From: an uncultured delta proteobacterium
Lineage (GTDB): Bacteria; Desulfobacterota; Binatia; UBA9968
DNA length: 64,000 nucleotides
Direction of reading: 5' to 3'
NCBI GenBank assembly: GCA_963745035.1
Contig: CAVUVW010000013.1
Location: 160,001 to 224,000 of the forward strand
Below the pieces are notes generated by a model, which did not search any database, was not told the DNA's origin, and saw only the letters and a program-made list of their open reading frames with translations. Of this stretch, positions 1-10,342 are shown in pieces (position 1 is the stretch's first letter; every line of letters begins with the position of its first letter). A program made the position numbers and the translations under genes.

Positions 1-479
1 CAGCGCGCCGGCTTCGAATTTCTTTTCATGCAAGAGCGGCGCGTCCTTGGCCATCGCTTCTTCCGGCGTGAAGACGCCTTTCAGCTCTTCGTAGTTGACC
101 TCGATGAATTCCAACGCTTCAAAGGCGATCACGTTCGTTGACCGCCACCACGGCGGCCACCGGCTCGCCGGCGTAACGGACTTTCTCGATCGCCAACAGG
201 GGATGATCTTTGACGGCGTGGCCGAAATACGGATTCAATCCGTCGAGATCGAAGCCGGTGACCACGCAATAGACTCCGGGATGCGCCTCCGCGCGCGCTT
301 TGTCGATGGAAATAATTTTCGCGTGCGCAAAAGGGCTGCGCAGCACTTTCGCGTAGGCCATGCCGATAAGCTTCTAGATCGGCAACGTATTGAGCTTTGC
401 CGGTGACCTTCACCCGGCCGTCGCGGCGCGGAATCGAATGATTGACGATGTGAAAATCGGTTTTCTTCTCGGCGCTCAC
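1..479 (-). CDS. Xanthine/CO dehydrogenase-family molybdopterin-binding large subunit, N-terminal part (runs off the window; frameshifts near 375 and 130)
   Basis: Joined frames read SIPRRDGRVKVTGKAQYVADL..MAYAKVLRSPFAHAKIISID..KVRYAGEPVAAVVA, the typical a/b-hammerhead start; overlaps the upstream 2Fe-2S gene. Confidence 0.85.
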
Positions 480-956
480 TTTTTCGACTCCTTCGACATC
501 ATGTCGGCGGCGCGCTCAATGGCAGCGACGATCGGCACGTAGCCGGTGCAGCGGCAGATGTTGCCGTCCATGTGATGGATGATTTCGTCGCGGGTCGGCT
601 TGGGATTTTCGTCCAGCAGGGCTTTGGCCGACATGATCATGCCCGGCGTGCAGTAGCCGCATTGAAAGGCGAACTCATCGATGAATGCTTGCTGCAGCGG
701 ATGGAGCGTGCCGTCAGGCTTCTCCAAACCTTCGATGGTCGTGACGTTTTTGCCGCGCGCTTCATAGGCCAAGTAAGTGCAGGCGCTTACCGGAGCGCCG
801 TCGATCAAGCACCGTGCACGCGCCACAAACCTGCACTTCGCAGGAGACTTTGGTGCCGTTCAGATTGAGCGTGTTGCGCAGCACTTCGGCGAGGGTTTCC
901 TGCGGCTCGCAGTCGACCTGCCAGGATTTGCCGTTGAGTTGAAATGAAAGATTCAT
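476..956 (-). CDS. (2Fe-2S)-binding small subunit of a Mo-hydroxylase (CoxS/CutS-like); frameshift near 805
   Basis: GTKVSCEVQVCGACTV..SAC and FQCGYCTPG..GNICRCTGY motifs across ORFs 762-962 and 476-826. Confidence 0.9.
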
Positions 957-968
957 AAGCAAGAATGA

Positions 969-1038
969 GTTGGAGTACTGGGGTTCTTCGGGTTAGAATT
1001 GGCATTACTCCATCACTCCAGTACTCCAACACTCCATT
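969..1038. repeat. Intergenic inverted repeat with tandem 8-mers (NNACTCCA)
   Basis: GTTGGAGTACTGG (969-981) pairs with CCAGTACTCCAAC (1018-1030); units TTACTCCA TCACTCCA GTACTCCA ACACTCCA; related copy at 52584-52650. Confidence 0.7.
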
Positions 1039-1043
1039 TCCTG

Positions 1044-2068
1044 TTAGTTATACTTCGGCAGAATATTCTCCGCCCAGAGCTCCATCTGCCGGTTCAAGCT
1101 ATCCATGGTCGGATAGATGATCTTGAGCTCGAAGTGCTGCACGCCGCTTTCGATGAATTCATCGACGCGCCGGCGCACATCGTCGACCGAACCGAAGATA
1201 TGGCGGTCGAGGGCAAACTGCATGCTGTCGATGTCGCGCTCGTAGCTCTCGCTGCTGGTTTTGAGGGTCGGCATCGCGAGATTGCAGGCCTTCTTCGCGC
1301 GTCTTGGCGATGGTCGCGAGTTTTTCGACGGCGATCGTGATCTTCGACGGATCGCGGCCGTTGTCGCGCGCGGTTTGATTCAGGATATCGCAGCCGACTT
1401 TCATTTCCTTCGGCGACAGCCAGCCGGGGATCCAGCCTTCGCCGTACTTGCCGGCGCGTTTGGCGGCGAGCTTCATCCAGCCGCCGACCCAGACAGGCGG
1501 ATGGGGTTTCTGAAACGGCTTCGGATACACTTCGGCGTTTTTGAACTCAATAAAATCGCCCTTATAGGAAGCGAGCGGCTGGGTCCAAATCGCTTTCATC
1601 GCTTCGATGTATTCGTCGGTGCGATCGCCGCGCCGCTCGTACGGAACGCCGAACACGCCGAACTCGTCCGACTCCCGCGTTGCCTTGGAACCCAGACCGA
1701 CGCCGACCAGCAAACGCCCCTGGGCGAGATGATCCAGGGTCGAATACTGCTTCGCCGCGTAAATCGGGTTGCGGCAGGGCATGACCAGGCACGCCACGCC
1801 CAGAACGATCTTTTTCGTCTCCGCCGCCAGATACGAAAGCATCGTCGTGGCTTCGAAAAAATTCGCTTCCTGGGTATCGGTAATCGCTTCGAAGGCGCCG
1901 GAAGAAATATGATGGCGGTGCATCTCGGTAGCTCCAGACCACGTGGTCGTGAACCCAGAGCGCGTCGAAGTCCATGTCTTCGGCTGCCTTGGCGGCGTTG
2001 ACGATATTTTCGATGCTCGAGAGCGGCCCGGAATTCGGCACTCTGACGCCAAAGGAAATCTTATTCAT
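1044..2068 (-). CDS. LLM-class flavin-dependent oxidoreductase; frameshifts near 1930 and 1285
   Basis: FGVRVPNSGP..AEDMDFDALWVHDHV; RNPIYAAKQYSTLDHLAQGRLLVGVGLG; PKPFQKPHPPVWVGG. Confidence 0.85.
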
Positions 2069-2076
2069 GGAAGCTC

Positions 2077-2999
2077 CTATTGCTTTTCGGTAATTGCGAC
2101 CTTGTCGTACTTGAGGTGGCGGTTGTACCAGTCCACCACGTTGGCGGCGACGTCGTCGAAGTAATCGTTGTAGATGCCGTAGTGCGTGGTCTTTTTGTAG
2201 AGAACCAGTTTTTTCGGCTCGCCGGCCTTTTCGTAGAGATCGAACGATTGCTGTTCCGGCGTCACGGCGTCGCCTTCGACGGCGATGAACAGCACGCCGC
2301 GCGGCGAAATCTTGTGGACGACGTCGATAGGGCTGTATTCCAAAATCGCCTCGGCGCAGGCGAGCGGCATGGCATCGGGAATTTTATCCGCGACGTCTTT
2401 TTTGATCGTCGTCGTCTGGCGCTCCGGGGTTTGCACCATGATGCCGCCTTCGCGCGCGCTGACCATGGCGCCTTTGCCGGTCAACGCCCGCTGCTTGCGG
2501 TCTTCTTCGATGCTTTTTAGATAATCGACCCATTCGTACTCGCGGCGCATGGAGTGGAGCCATTCCCTGCCGCTGCTGACGCCGAGATAGCTGACGCAGC
2601 ATTTAACCCGCGAGTCGATGGCCGCGACATAGACAGCGTTGCCGCCGCCGGTGCCGCCGGAGCCATAGGTGGCGAGGCGATCGGGGTCGATGTCCGGAAC
2701 GGGTTTCGCAGATAACTGAGCGCGCTGCGAATATCTTCGGCCTGCCATTTGGGCATAACCCAGCCGCGCTCGTTGCCTTCGCTGTCGCCCCAGCCGCGGT
2801 AGTCGAAACAAAGACAGGCGTAGCCCGCGGCGCAGAGCTTTTCGAACATCATGATGTAGTGCTTGGCGTCTTTGAGCCCGAGAAATCCCGGGCCTTGGAC
2901 GATGCCGGCAAACGGTTTGCCCTTATCCGAGTCGGGCAAATACAGAACGCCAGCGAGCTTTATGCCTTCGCTATAAAAATTAACTTTTTCAGTACGCAT
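2077..2999 (-). CDS. Alpha/beta-fold hydrolase; frameshift near 2705
   Basis: VNFYSEGIKLAGVLYLP, FDYRGWGDSEG, IDPDRLATYGSGGTGGG, GDAVTP, TTHYGIY. Confidence 0.8.
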
Positions 3000-3016
3000 A
3001 GTCGAACTCCTGAAAG

Positions 3017-3102
3017 TTCAATCTGCGTTCCGTTCGGTTTCTAGCTCGTTCAAGCGTTCAGAACGCCTGAACGGAACCACGGAACCGTCTGAACGGCTTG
3101 AA
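3017..3102. repeat. Intergenic GTTCA/TGAAC short-unit inverted repeat
   Basis: cgttcaagcgttcagaacgcctgaacgg..ctgaacggcttgaa; related array at 55788-55824. Confidence 0.55.
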
Positions 3103-3112
3103 ACTGCGCGCT

Positions 3113-4110
3113 TTACGCCCTCACCGCCGGCAGAACTTCCTGACCCAACAAATCGATCTGCTGATACCAATCAGCGTAGCGGAAGCGAAGATCGAACACG
3201 ATATGATTGAGGCCGGCTTCTTCGTAGCGTTTGGTGTCGCGGGCGACATCCGCTGGAGTGCCGGCCATGAGCAAGCCCTTCGATATCCTCGACGGTAGAA
3301 AAAGTGCCGGACTTGGGTCTCACCCACGTTTTCTTCGCGGGCTGATTGCCTTCATTGATCAGACCTTTGACGTTAACTTTGCTGAGCGCAACGTCTCGAT
3401 TCTTGTCGAGGCTGGTGATCGGGATCGCGCCGGTGGTCACCATCGGGCGGCCGTTGGCTTTGCATTGCTCTTCGAGATATTTGACCATCTTGTTGAACGT
3501 CGCCGTCGGAATACGGCCGGGCATCCAGCCGTCGCAGTAATCCGCCGCGCGGCGGACAGACGCCGGCGTACCGCCGCCGTACCAGATCGGAATCGGCTTC
3601 TTCGGTGTCGGTTTGAGCTCGACGTCTTTGAAATCGTAATAATCGTCCTTGTAGGTGATCTTTTCACCCTTCCAGAAGCGGCGACAAAGCTCCGCATTGA
3701 TCTTCGCCATGTTGGCGCGATCCTGCAAGGTGACCTTTTTGTATCCCGCTGCTTCGAATTCATGGGGAAAGGTGCCGAGACCCAAGCCCATGATTAGGTT
3801 TTCGCACATGGTGCTCAAGCCGGCCATGGACTGTGCTAGATGAATCGGATGGCGATGCGAGATCACCGTGCCGGTGCCCAAGAATTAGTTTTTTACAGAC
3901 GGATGAGATCGCCGCGAGGACGAGCAACCCTTCGATATGGGTATTATCCTCGCCTTCCATGCCGTGCGGCTCAAAGACCAAATGATCTCTGACCCAAACC
4001 GAGTCGAAGCCATAGGCCTCGGCCTTTTTCGACCCCTCGATGCAGAGTTCGGTCGAACCATATTCGCAAAAGTGAGGTAACAGCAGTCCGAATTTCAATT
4101 TTGTCGCCAT
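3113..4110 (-). CDS. LLM-class flavin-dependent oxidoreductase; frameshifts near 3880 and 3270
   Basis: LKFGLLLPHF..AEAYGFDSVWVRDHL; RHPIHLAQ; PTPKKPIPIWYGG; the C-terminus ..IDLLGQEVLPAVRA* is in a third frame. Confidence 0.85.
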
Positions 4111-4138
4111 ATTTTTTCTCCTTTTTGTTTGGGCCGGT

Positions 4139-4981
4139 TTACAGCCCGCGTTCTTCCAATAATGTATCGAGATCCGTCAACGCTTTGATCGAGTCCGCTT
4201 TCTTCGCCCAGCCGACGGCAATCGCCAGAGCATTCACAAGCGAAAACGCCGGCGTGAGCGAGTTGACCGAGGAATGTAGCCCGCGCTTCGCATAAAGACA
4301 GACGTTGGCCGCCTTGGCGATGGGCGAGCTGGGAAAATCGGTGATGCCGAGAATCGGCGCGCCGATTTTCTTGGCGTGCTGCAAGGCGGTTTGCACTTCG
4401 CGCGGCACCTCGAGAAAATCGATGGCGACCAAAACGTCCGCCGGTTCCATGAATGACAGTTGCTCCACCAGCGAAGTGCCGCCCGTCAAAAAGATCCAGT
4501 GCGCGTCTTTTTTAACGCGCACGAGCCTAAAATAAAGAATGTAAGCCAGCGCCGTCGATGCGTTGAGGCCGATCAGAAAAACCTTGCGCGCTTTTAATAT
4601 CACTTCCACGGCTTCTTGGAAATCGGTGAAGGACGCCGCCCGCAATGTTTCCTGAAGCAGCTGAATATCGCGCTTGATCAGCCTGGCGAAAATGTTTTCA
4701 TCGTCGCCGAGCTCGGCGAAGGTTTCTTTCATTCGGTCCGCGGCGCGCAGCTTGCGGCGCATTTCTTTCTGAATATCGCGCTTGAGCTCGGGGAAACCCG
4801 AGTATCCTAACGTCTTGGCGAAGCGCACCACCGTCGCCTTGCTGACACCTACCGCCTGGGCCAAATCGTTGACGTTGGAAAGCAGCAGGGCGGAGCTATC
4901 GTTTTGCAGATAATTCCCAAGCCTGCGCTGCGCCCCGTTGAGTGATTTGACTTTGGTCAGGATCTCTTTGATCGCGGCCAT
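4139..4981 (-). CDS. MurR/RpiR-family transcriptional regulator (HTH + SIS)
   Basis: LAQAVGVSKATVVRFAKTLGYSGFPELK HTH; SIS domain ARKVFLIG..GITDFPSSPIAKAA. Confidence 0.93.
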   Translation of the reverse strand: MAAIKEILTKVKSLNGAQRRLGNYLQNDSSALLLSNVNDLAQAVGVSKATVVRFAKTLGYSGFPELKRDIQKEMRRKLRAADRMKETFAELGDDENIFARLIKRDIQLLQETLRAASFTDFQEAVEVILKARKVFLIGLNASTALAYILYFRLVRVKKDAHWIFLTGGTSLVEQLSFMEPADVLVAIDFLEVPREVQTALQHAKKIGAPILGITDFPSSPIAKAANVCLYAKRGLHSSVNSLTPAFSLVNALAIAVGWAKKADSIKALTDLDTLLEERGL

Positions 4982-4997
4982 GAAACTTTTGTTTCAT
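4980..4997. promoter_or_regulatory. Palindromic operator candidate for the RpiR regulator
   Basis: ATGAAAC-TTTT-GTTTCAT overlaps the regulator start codon; degenerate second copy TGAAATTTTCTTGTCA at 5007-5022. Confidence 0.6.
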
Positions 4998-5209
4998 CTA
5001 TCGTAGTGAAATTTTCTTGTCAAGAAGATCGAGATTTTTGGTGGTTGATACGAAAAGCCGGCGAGAAATCTCGGCGACCAAGCGGGCGCAGCCCTCAAGT
5101 TCATGCGAATTGGTTGTCTTGTCACTTGAACCTTCCGCTCCACTCGTTGACAGTCATTCCGGTCGAGCGGTAACGTCGAACGAGCAATCGAGAGAAGGAG
5201 GTACCGGCC

Positions 5210-6265
5210 ATGGCGACTCCCGTAAAAGAATTCGAAGTTCATCCCTACGTCCAATTCATGATGGACAAGTACAGCCCCTACAAAAAATGGATCGAATCCG
5301 AAGGCGTGCCGATCATCGGCGGCGCGTTCGTGCAGGATGTGCGCACGGAGAAGTTGGAATACTGGAAGCGTAAGGATTGCCACGGAGCGATCTGTACGTT
5401 CTCCGATCAAATGGTCGCCGACGCCTACATCGCCGAGATCGCGCCGGGCAAGAGCATGAAGCCGCAGCGCCAGCTCTATGAGGAAATTATCACCGTCGCG
5501 GCAGGACGAGGCGCGACCAGCGTCTGGTACGATGGCACGCCGAAGCGAGTTTTCGAGTGGGAGCGCGGCAGCACGTTCGCGATCCCGCTCAACGCTTGGC
5601 ACCAGCACCATAACGCGAGCGGCTCGGAGCCCTGCCGCTACTTTGCGCTGACGAGCCAGCCGGTGGCGTTCGAGCTGTTCCGTGACCCGGAATTTATTTT
5701 CAATACCAATTATATGTTCAAGGACCGCTTCGATCCGGGCGATCCTGAATTCTTCTCCAAGGATGGTAAGTACTTCACCGAATATTACGGCGGCATTCTG
5801 CACTCCAACTTCATTCCCGATATCCGAAAGATCAATCTCGTGCCGCGCGAGAAGCGCGGCAAAGGCACGCGCAACATGTACATTCATATGTCCGGCAGCG
5901 CGATGTTGGCGCACGTCTCGCAGTTTCCCGTCGGCCGCTACAAGAAAGCCCATCGCCACGGCCCCGGCGCGCACGTTTTTCTGCTCGACTCGACCGGCTA
6001 CACGTTGATGTGGAACGAAGGCGAGAAGCCGGAAAGATACGACTGGCACGAAGGCACGTGCATCTCACCGCCGGCCGGCACTTGGCACCAGCACTACAAT
6101 ACCGGCAATCAGCCCTGTAAATTCGTTGCGCTCCACGCCAACACCGCGGTGCAGAAAGAAGAGAAAGGCGTCGAGCAGATCGAGTTCGAGGAAGTGGACG
6201 AGTCGATGAAGAAAATGTACGCAGAGGAATGCGCCAAGAACGGCGTTAAGGTCGATATGGATTAG
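5210..6265 (+). CDS. Bicupin protein (gentisate 1,2-dioxygenase-like)
   Basis: RBS AGGAGG; two cupin motifs, AIPLNAWHQHHN and KKAHRHGPGAH..SPPAGTWHQHYN. Confidence 0.8.
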   Translation: MATPVKEFEVHPYVQFMMDKYSPYKKWIESEGVPIIGGAFVQDVRTEKLEYWKRKDCHGAICTFSDQMVADAYIAEIAPGKSMKPQRQLYEEIITVAAGRGATSVWYDGTPKRVFEWERGSTFAIPLNAWHQHHNASGSEPCRYFALTSQPVAFELFRDPEFIFNTNYMFKDRFDPGDPEFFSKDGKYFTEYYGGILHSNFIPDIRKINLVPREKRGKGTRNMYIHMSGSAMLAHVSQFPVGRYKKAHRHGPGAHVFLLDSTGYTLMWNEGEKPERYDWHEGTCISPPAGTWHQHYNTGNQPCKFVALHANTAVQKEEKGVEQIEFEEVDESMKKMYAEECAKNGVKVDMD

Positions 6266-7261
6266 TAGGGCAGGACCGTTCCTGCGCCTCTGTCGAGGGC
6301 GGATTGGTAGATGTGATTTGCCAGCGCGATGTCCTGGTTGACCAAGCCGATGGCGCGGATGAAGATACGCTCGCGCTCGCTTTCGCGCGCCGGCTTCTTC
6401 CCCGCGAGTAAATCCGGCAGCTCGGCGTAGAGATCCTTTTCGCTCAGGAAATTTTCTTTCAGCATGCGCTGCATGTCGGATTTGTTCTTGCAGTGCAGCC
6501 AACTGTCGACCACGAACTTGTCGGCTTTTTTGTAAACGTCGCTCTCCATCTCCTGGTGCTTGCCGATGGAGTAAACCGTGATTCCTTCGCCGAGCCAGGC
6601 GTCTTTTACGAAAGGCGTCGACGTCGTCGTCGCGGAAACGACCAAATCGGCGCCGCTGCAGACGCTTGCTTCCGTCGATTCGACCGGGCGGACATTCAGG
6701 CCATATTCTTCGCCGACTTCCTTGCGCATAGCTCTGGCGCGATTCCTGCGTCCGCGAAGTGACGCGGATTTCCTTTAGCTGGAAAGCTTTGGCCATCACC
6801 GGCACGGCGGCGCGCGCCGTATCGCCGGCGCCGAGCATCGCCATGATTGCAGCGCCTTTGCGCGCAAGCACACGCATGGCGACAGTGGCTGCCGCGGCGG
6901 TGCGTACTGCGTGGCACCAATCTTCGTCCATGATGGCGCGGATCTCTCCGCCCTCGCGATCGGAAAGGATGAGGATACGGCGCGGACCGCGCGGCGGGCG
7001 CGAGACGTCGCGGCTGCCGCCCGCGGCTTTGATCGAGCGAATACGAAAACCGGCGACGGGCTCGGTTGCGAGCGCGCAGCCGGTGACCCAGGACTGCCAG
7101 CCTTGCTCCGGCTTGATCGCTAAATCTTCCGGTGTCGACCAGATGACGCGCCCTTCGCTGTGATCGCGCAGCGCCTGCTCGGTGATTTCAATAGCGCGGC
7201 GGAGGTCGAGGACTTTCTTCACGTCCTCGTTGGAGAGATAGAGAATGCCTCTTGCATCCAT
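6262..7261 (-). CDS. Ornithine cyclodeaminase/mu-crystallin family protein; frameshift near 6725
   Basis: ILYLSNEDVKKVL; VRTAAAATVA; MLGAGDTAR; ADLVVSATT; RIFIRAIGLVNQDIALA. Confidence 0.85.
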
Positions 7262-7263
7262 GA

Positions 7264-8401
7264 CTACTGAACCGTGCTCAAGTCACGGCAGCCGGTGGTC
7301 AAAAACTCCGGGCCTTTCTCAGTGATCAGCACATCTTCTTCGAGATGCACCGCGCTCTTTTCGGAGCGCACTTTAGGCTCCAAGGCGAGGACCATTCCGG
7401 GGCGATAAAGCTCGGTTTCCACTTCGTTGAGTGACGGCGGCTCGGCTCTCGACATGCCGATACCGTGGCCAATGCGCTTTGGACTGTCGACCGCCTGATA
7501 GCCGCGCTTGAGCAATTCTCGATTGGCCACTCGCGAAACTTCCGCTATCGGGGTGCCAGGCTGCATCGATCCAAAACAGAGCTCGATGACGTCGCAGGCG
7601 GTCTCGTGATCCTTTTTGTGCTCGTCGGTCGGCTCGCCGAAAATCGTCATACGCGTGACGTCACCGTAGTAACCTTCATAGCAGGCACCGAAGTCGGCGA
7701 TCATTCGATCGCCTTTGTTGTAGCGCCGATCGTCGTAGCGGGTGGACGAGTTGAGCATGAGAAAACCGGGATGGCGCGGATGGGCGCCTTCTTCGATCAT
7801 CGAGATGTAAAGCCGATCCGCGACTTCGCGCCGGGTCATGCCGGGCTTTCAGTTGCGGCAGGCAGCGATCATAGGCTTTGACCGAAATATCGCATGCTTT
7901 GCGCATGAACTCGATTTCCTGCGGGCTCTTGATAAGGCGCATTTCGGTCAGCGCCGCCGTGCCGTCTTCGATCTGCGCTTTCGGCAAAGCTTCAGTCAGT
8001 CGAGTGAGATAGTTGACCGGAAACCCAAGACGTTGATCGTCGCCGAGCTCGAAGCCCAGCTTCGACTCACCAAGCCCCATTTCCTTCAAACAACCGCCGA
8101 TCATTTCTTCGGGAAACGGCACGTCCGTATAGGCGCGCACCTCGCCAACCCAGGGCAAGGCTTTGGCTTTCGCCTTGTCATTGCCGTAGACGAGCAGCAG
8201 CGGCTTGCCGCTTTTCGGGAGAATGCAGATCTGCGGCCGCTGGATGTGATCGAGCTGATAACTGATGAGACCGCTGAAGTACCAGTAGTTGTTTTTCTCA
8301 GACACGACCAAGGCGTCGAGACCGTCACGTTCCATCAACGCCTGCGCCCGCTGGAAGCGATCCACATATTCTTTGTCGGCGAACGGGGCTTCGGTTGCCA
8401 T
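7264..8401 (-). CDS. M24 Xaa-Pro peptidase/creatinase-family protein; frameshift near 7845
   Basis: Creatinase N-domain (GLDALVVSEKNNYWYFSG); DFGACYEGYYGDVTR, GHGIG, ALEP, HLEEDVLIT metal-ligand motifs. Confidence 0.88.
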
Positions 8402-8453
8402 TATCGACCTCCGCTAAACTATTTAAAGATTCTGGCTCTTGACCGCTTATCTA

Positions 8454-8527
8454 CGTCATTCCGGCCAAGCCAGCCGGAAGCCAGGATTGACAGATTAGCC
8501 TGGATTCCCGCGTCCGCGGGAATGACG
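8454..8527. repeat. CGTC-type REP-like palindromic element with a dRS3-like core
   Basis: Ends CGTCATTCC...GGAATGACG; core ATTCCC-GCGTCCGC-GGGAAT (N8 spacer). Confidence 0.7.
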
Positions 8528-8555
8528 ATGAAGGGTAGATTGCATTGAAAGTTAT

Positions 8556-9269
8556 TTACAATCTAACTCGCGATCGCTTTTCTGCCTTCCATTGTCTTGA
8601 TCTTGCCACGTAGTCGAGGCTTCGGCGAAGCTGGATCACCGACGCGTATTTGGCGTTCATCTCGAAGAGGTTCACCAGATGCGAAGTGCGCGAGCGGTCG
8701 AAAACACATTCTTCAACCAGAAAAACCGGATAACCGAAGGAGTAGCCGTCGAGCACGGTGCCGCGCACGCAGCCGCAGGTGCTGGTGCCGGTGACGAGCA
8801 GGCAATCGATGTTCTTGCGCACGAGATAGGTGATCAGGTGCGTACCGAAGAAGGCGCTGGCGCGCGCTTTGCGCACGATGAATTCTTTATCGTTCGGCTT
8901 GATCATCTCGGGAAATTGCACCGCGAGCTTTTCAAAGTCGGTGGCGTCGACGCCGCGCTTGGTGGCGTTGCCGAAAGCGGCTTTGAAGTCGGGATCGCTG
9001 GTCGAATAGATCACTGGCACTTCGGCGTCGCGACAGGCATGAAGTAGTTGCTGGATTTTCGGCAGTGCGTCCCAGGCGACCTGGCCGCAGCTCGTGGGAA
9101 ATTCATCGATGGCATCCATCACCGGCATCGGTTTCGTGCCCGTGAAGCCCGTGATCACATCGATGATCAGCAAGGCCGGGTTGACGCCGAACTTCTCTTT
9201 GCCTTTATAGCCGGCCTTCTCGTAGATCTTGCGTTCCTCTTCGGAAATAAACGCTTCCCATTCTCTCAT
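8556..9269 (-). CDS. Isochorismatase-family cysteine hydrolase (maleamate amidohydrolase/N-carbamoylsarcosine amidase-like)
   Basis: PALLIIDV, RKARASAFFGT and TGTSTCGCVRGTVLD supply the Asp-Lys-Cys triad; the C-terminus may be frameshifted. Confidence 0.88.
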   Translation of the reverse strand: MREWEAFISEEERKIYEKAGYKGKEKFGVNPALLIIDVITGFTGTKPMPVMDAIDEFPTSCGQVAWDALPKIQQLLHACRDAEVPVIYSTSDPDFKAAFGNATKRGVDATDFEKLAVQFPEMIKPNDKEFIVRKARASAFFGTHLITYLVRKNIDCLLVTGTSTCGCVRGTVLDGYSFGYPVFLVEECVFDRSRTSHLVNLFEMNAKYASVIQLRRSLDYVARSRQWKAEKRSRVRL

Positions 9270-9286
9270 GACACATCCTCCTGCTG

Positions 9287-10285
9287 CTATCGCACGCCTA
9301 ACGCGTCGTTGTGCAGTTTAGTTATTTCCCGCAAATTTTTGTAGTTATCCGGAGTCACCACCCTTCGGCGAAAGCCTTCGAAGAGTTTCGGCGGATCGGG
9401 CTTTACGTCTTTGCGCGGGCCGATGCGGCGAAAGGTTTTCAAAAATTCCTGACCATCTTTCGAAACCAAATAGTCGATGAATAGTTTCGACGAGTTGGGA
9501 TGAGCCGCCTTTGCCGACATCATCGCCACGTTAAGCTCCACCGCGACCGGTTCCAGTGGAATCCAATCCACCGGGGCACCCGTCTGCTTCATGCGCTCGA
9601 TCACCTGGGCATAGACAAAAGTCATGGAGCGTTCGCCGACACTGACGAAATTGGCGCGATTGGTGTTGCCGCGCAAAAATACCGGCTCCTGCTTGGCCAA
9701 ACCTCTAAAATAAGCGAGTGCCTTTTCCTGGCCCCATTCCTGGGTCAACGCGACGAAGACGTCGTGGTTCTCGATGTCGATGATAAACTTTTGCTTGTAC
9801 TGCGGCTTGAGCAGATCGTCATAGGTTTTCGGCAGATCGTTGCGCGAAACGACTTTGCTGTTGTAGCCGAGGACCAGAGTATTCAAGTAAACCGTTGTCC
9901 AGTAGCCTTTGGGATCGTAAAGATCGTCGTAGAGTTGCGCCGCTTCCGTCGATACGTAGGGCGCGATCAAATTTTTCTCGCGCATGGGCGTCAACGAAGG
10001 TGAAATGCCCAGGGCCACATCGAATTTGCTGGCGCCCGCCTGCGCTTCGGTAAGAATTCGACTCACCATCGCCGTGCCGCCAAGGCGAACAAGATCGGCT
10101 CTGATAAAGGGATATTTTTTGTTGAACGCATCCAGCAGCGGTTTGCTGTTCTGGATGTCCATGGTCGTGTAGAAGACCAGCGCGCCTTCCTTTTTAGCGC
10201 CTTCAATCATCGAAGGTTCGGCGGCGGCCGCAGGGGTCGAGTAGAACAGAAATAAACAAACGGTAAGTAACCACAAAATTTTCAT
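9287..10285 (-). CDS. ABC-type extracellular solute-binding protein (Fe3+/thiamine-type family)
   Basis: Signal peptide; GAKKEGALVFYTTM; AHPNSSKLFIDYLVSKDGQ. Confidence 0.85.
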   Translation of the reverse strand: MKILWLLTVCLFLFYSTPAAAAEPSMIEGAKKEGALVFYTTMDIQNSKPLLDAFNKKYPFIRADLVRLGGTAMVSRILTEAQAGASKFDVALGISPSLTPMREKNLIAPYVSTEAAQLYDDLYDPKGYWTTVYLNTLVLGYNSKVVSRNDLPKTYDDLLKPQYKQKFIIDIENHDVFVALTQEWGQEKALAYFRGLAKQEPVFLRGNTNRANFVSVGERSMTFVYAQVIERMKQTGAPVDWIPLEPVAVELNVAMMSAKAAHPNSSKLFIDYLVSKDGQEFLKTFRRIGPRKDVKPDPPKLFEGFRRRVVTPDNYKNLREITKLHNDALGVR

Positions 10286-10342
10286 AGGGTTCGTGTTCCT
10301 GAGACTTGAACCTGTTTAGACTGCGCGGAAGAGTTGGGCGCA

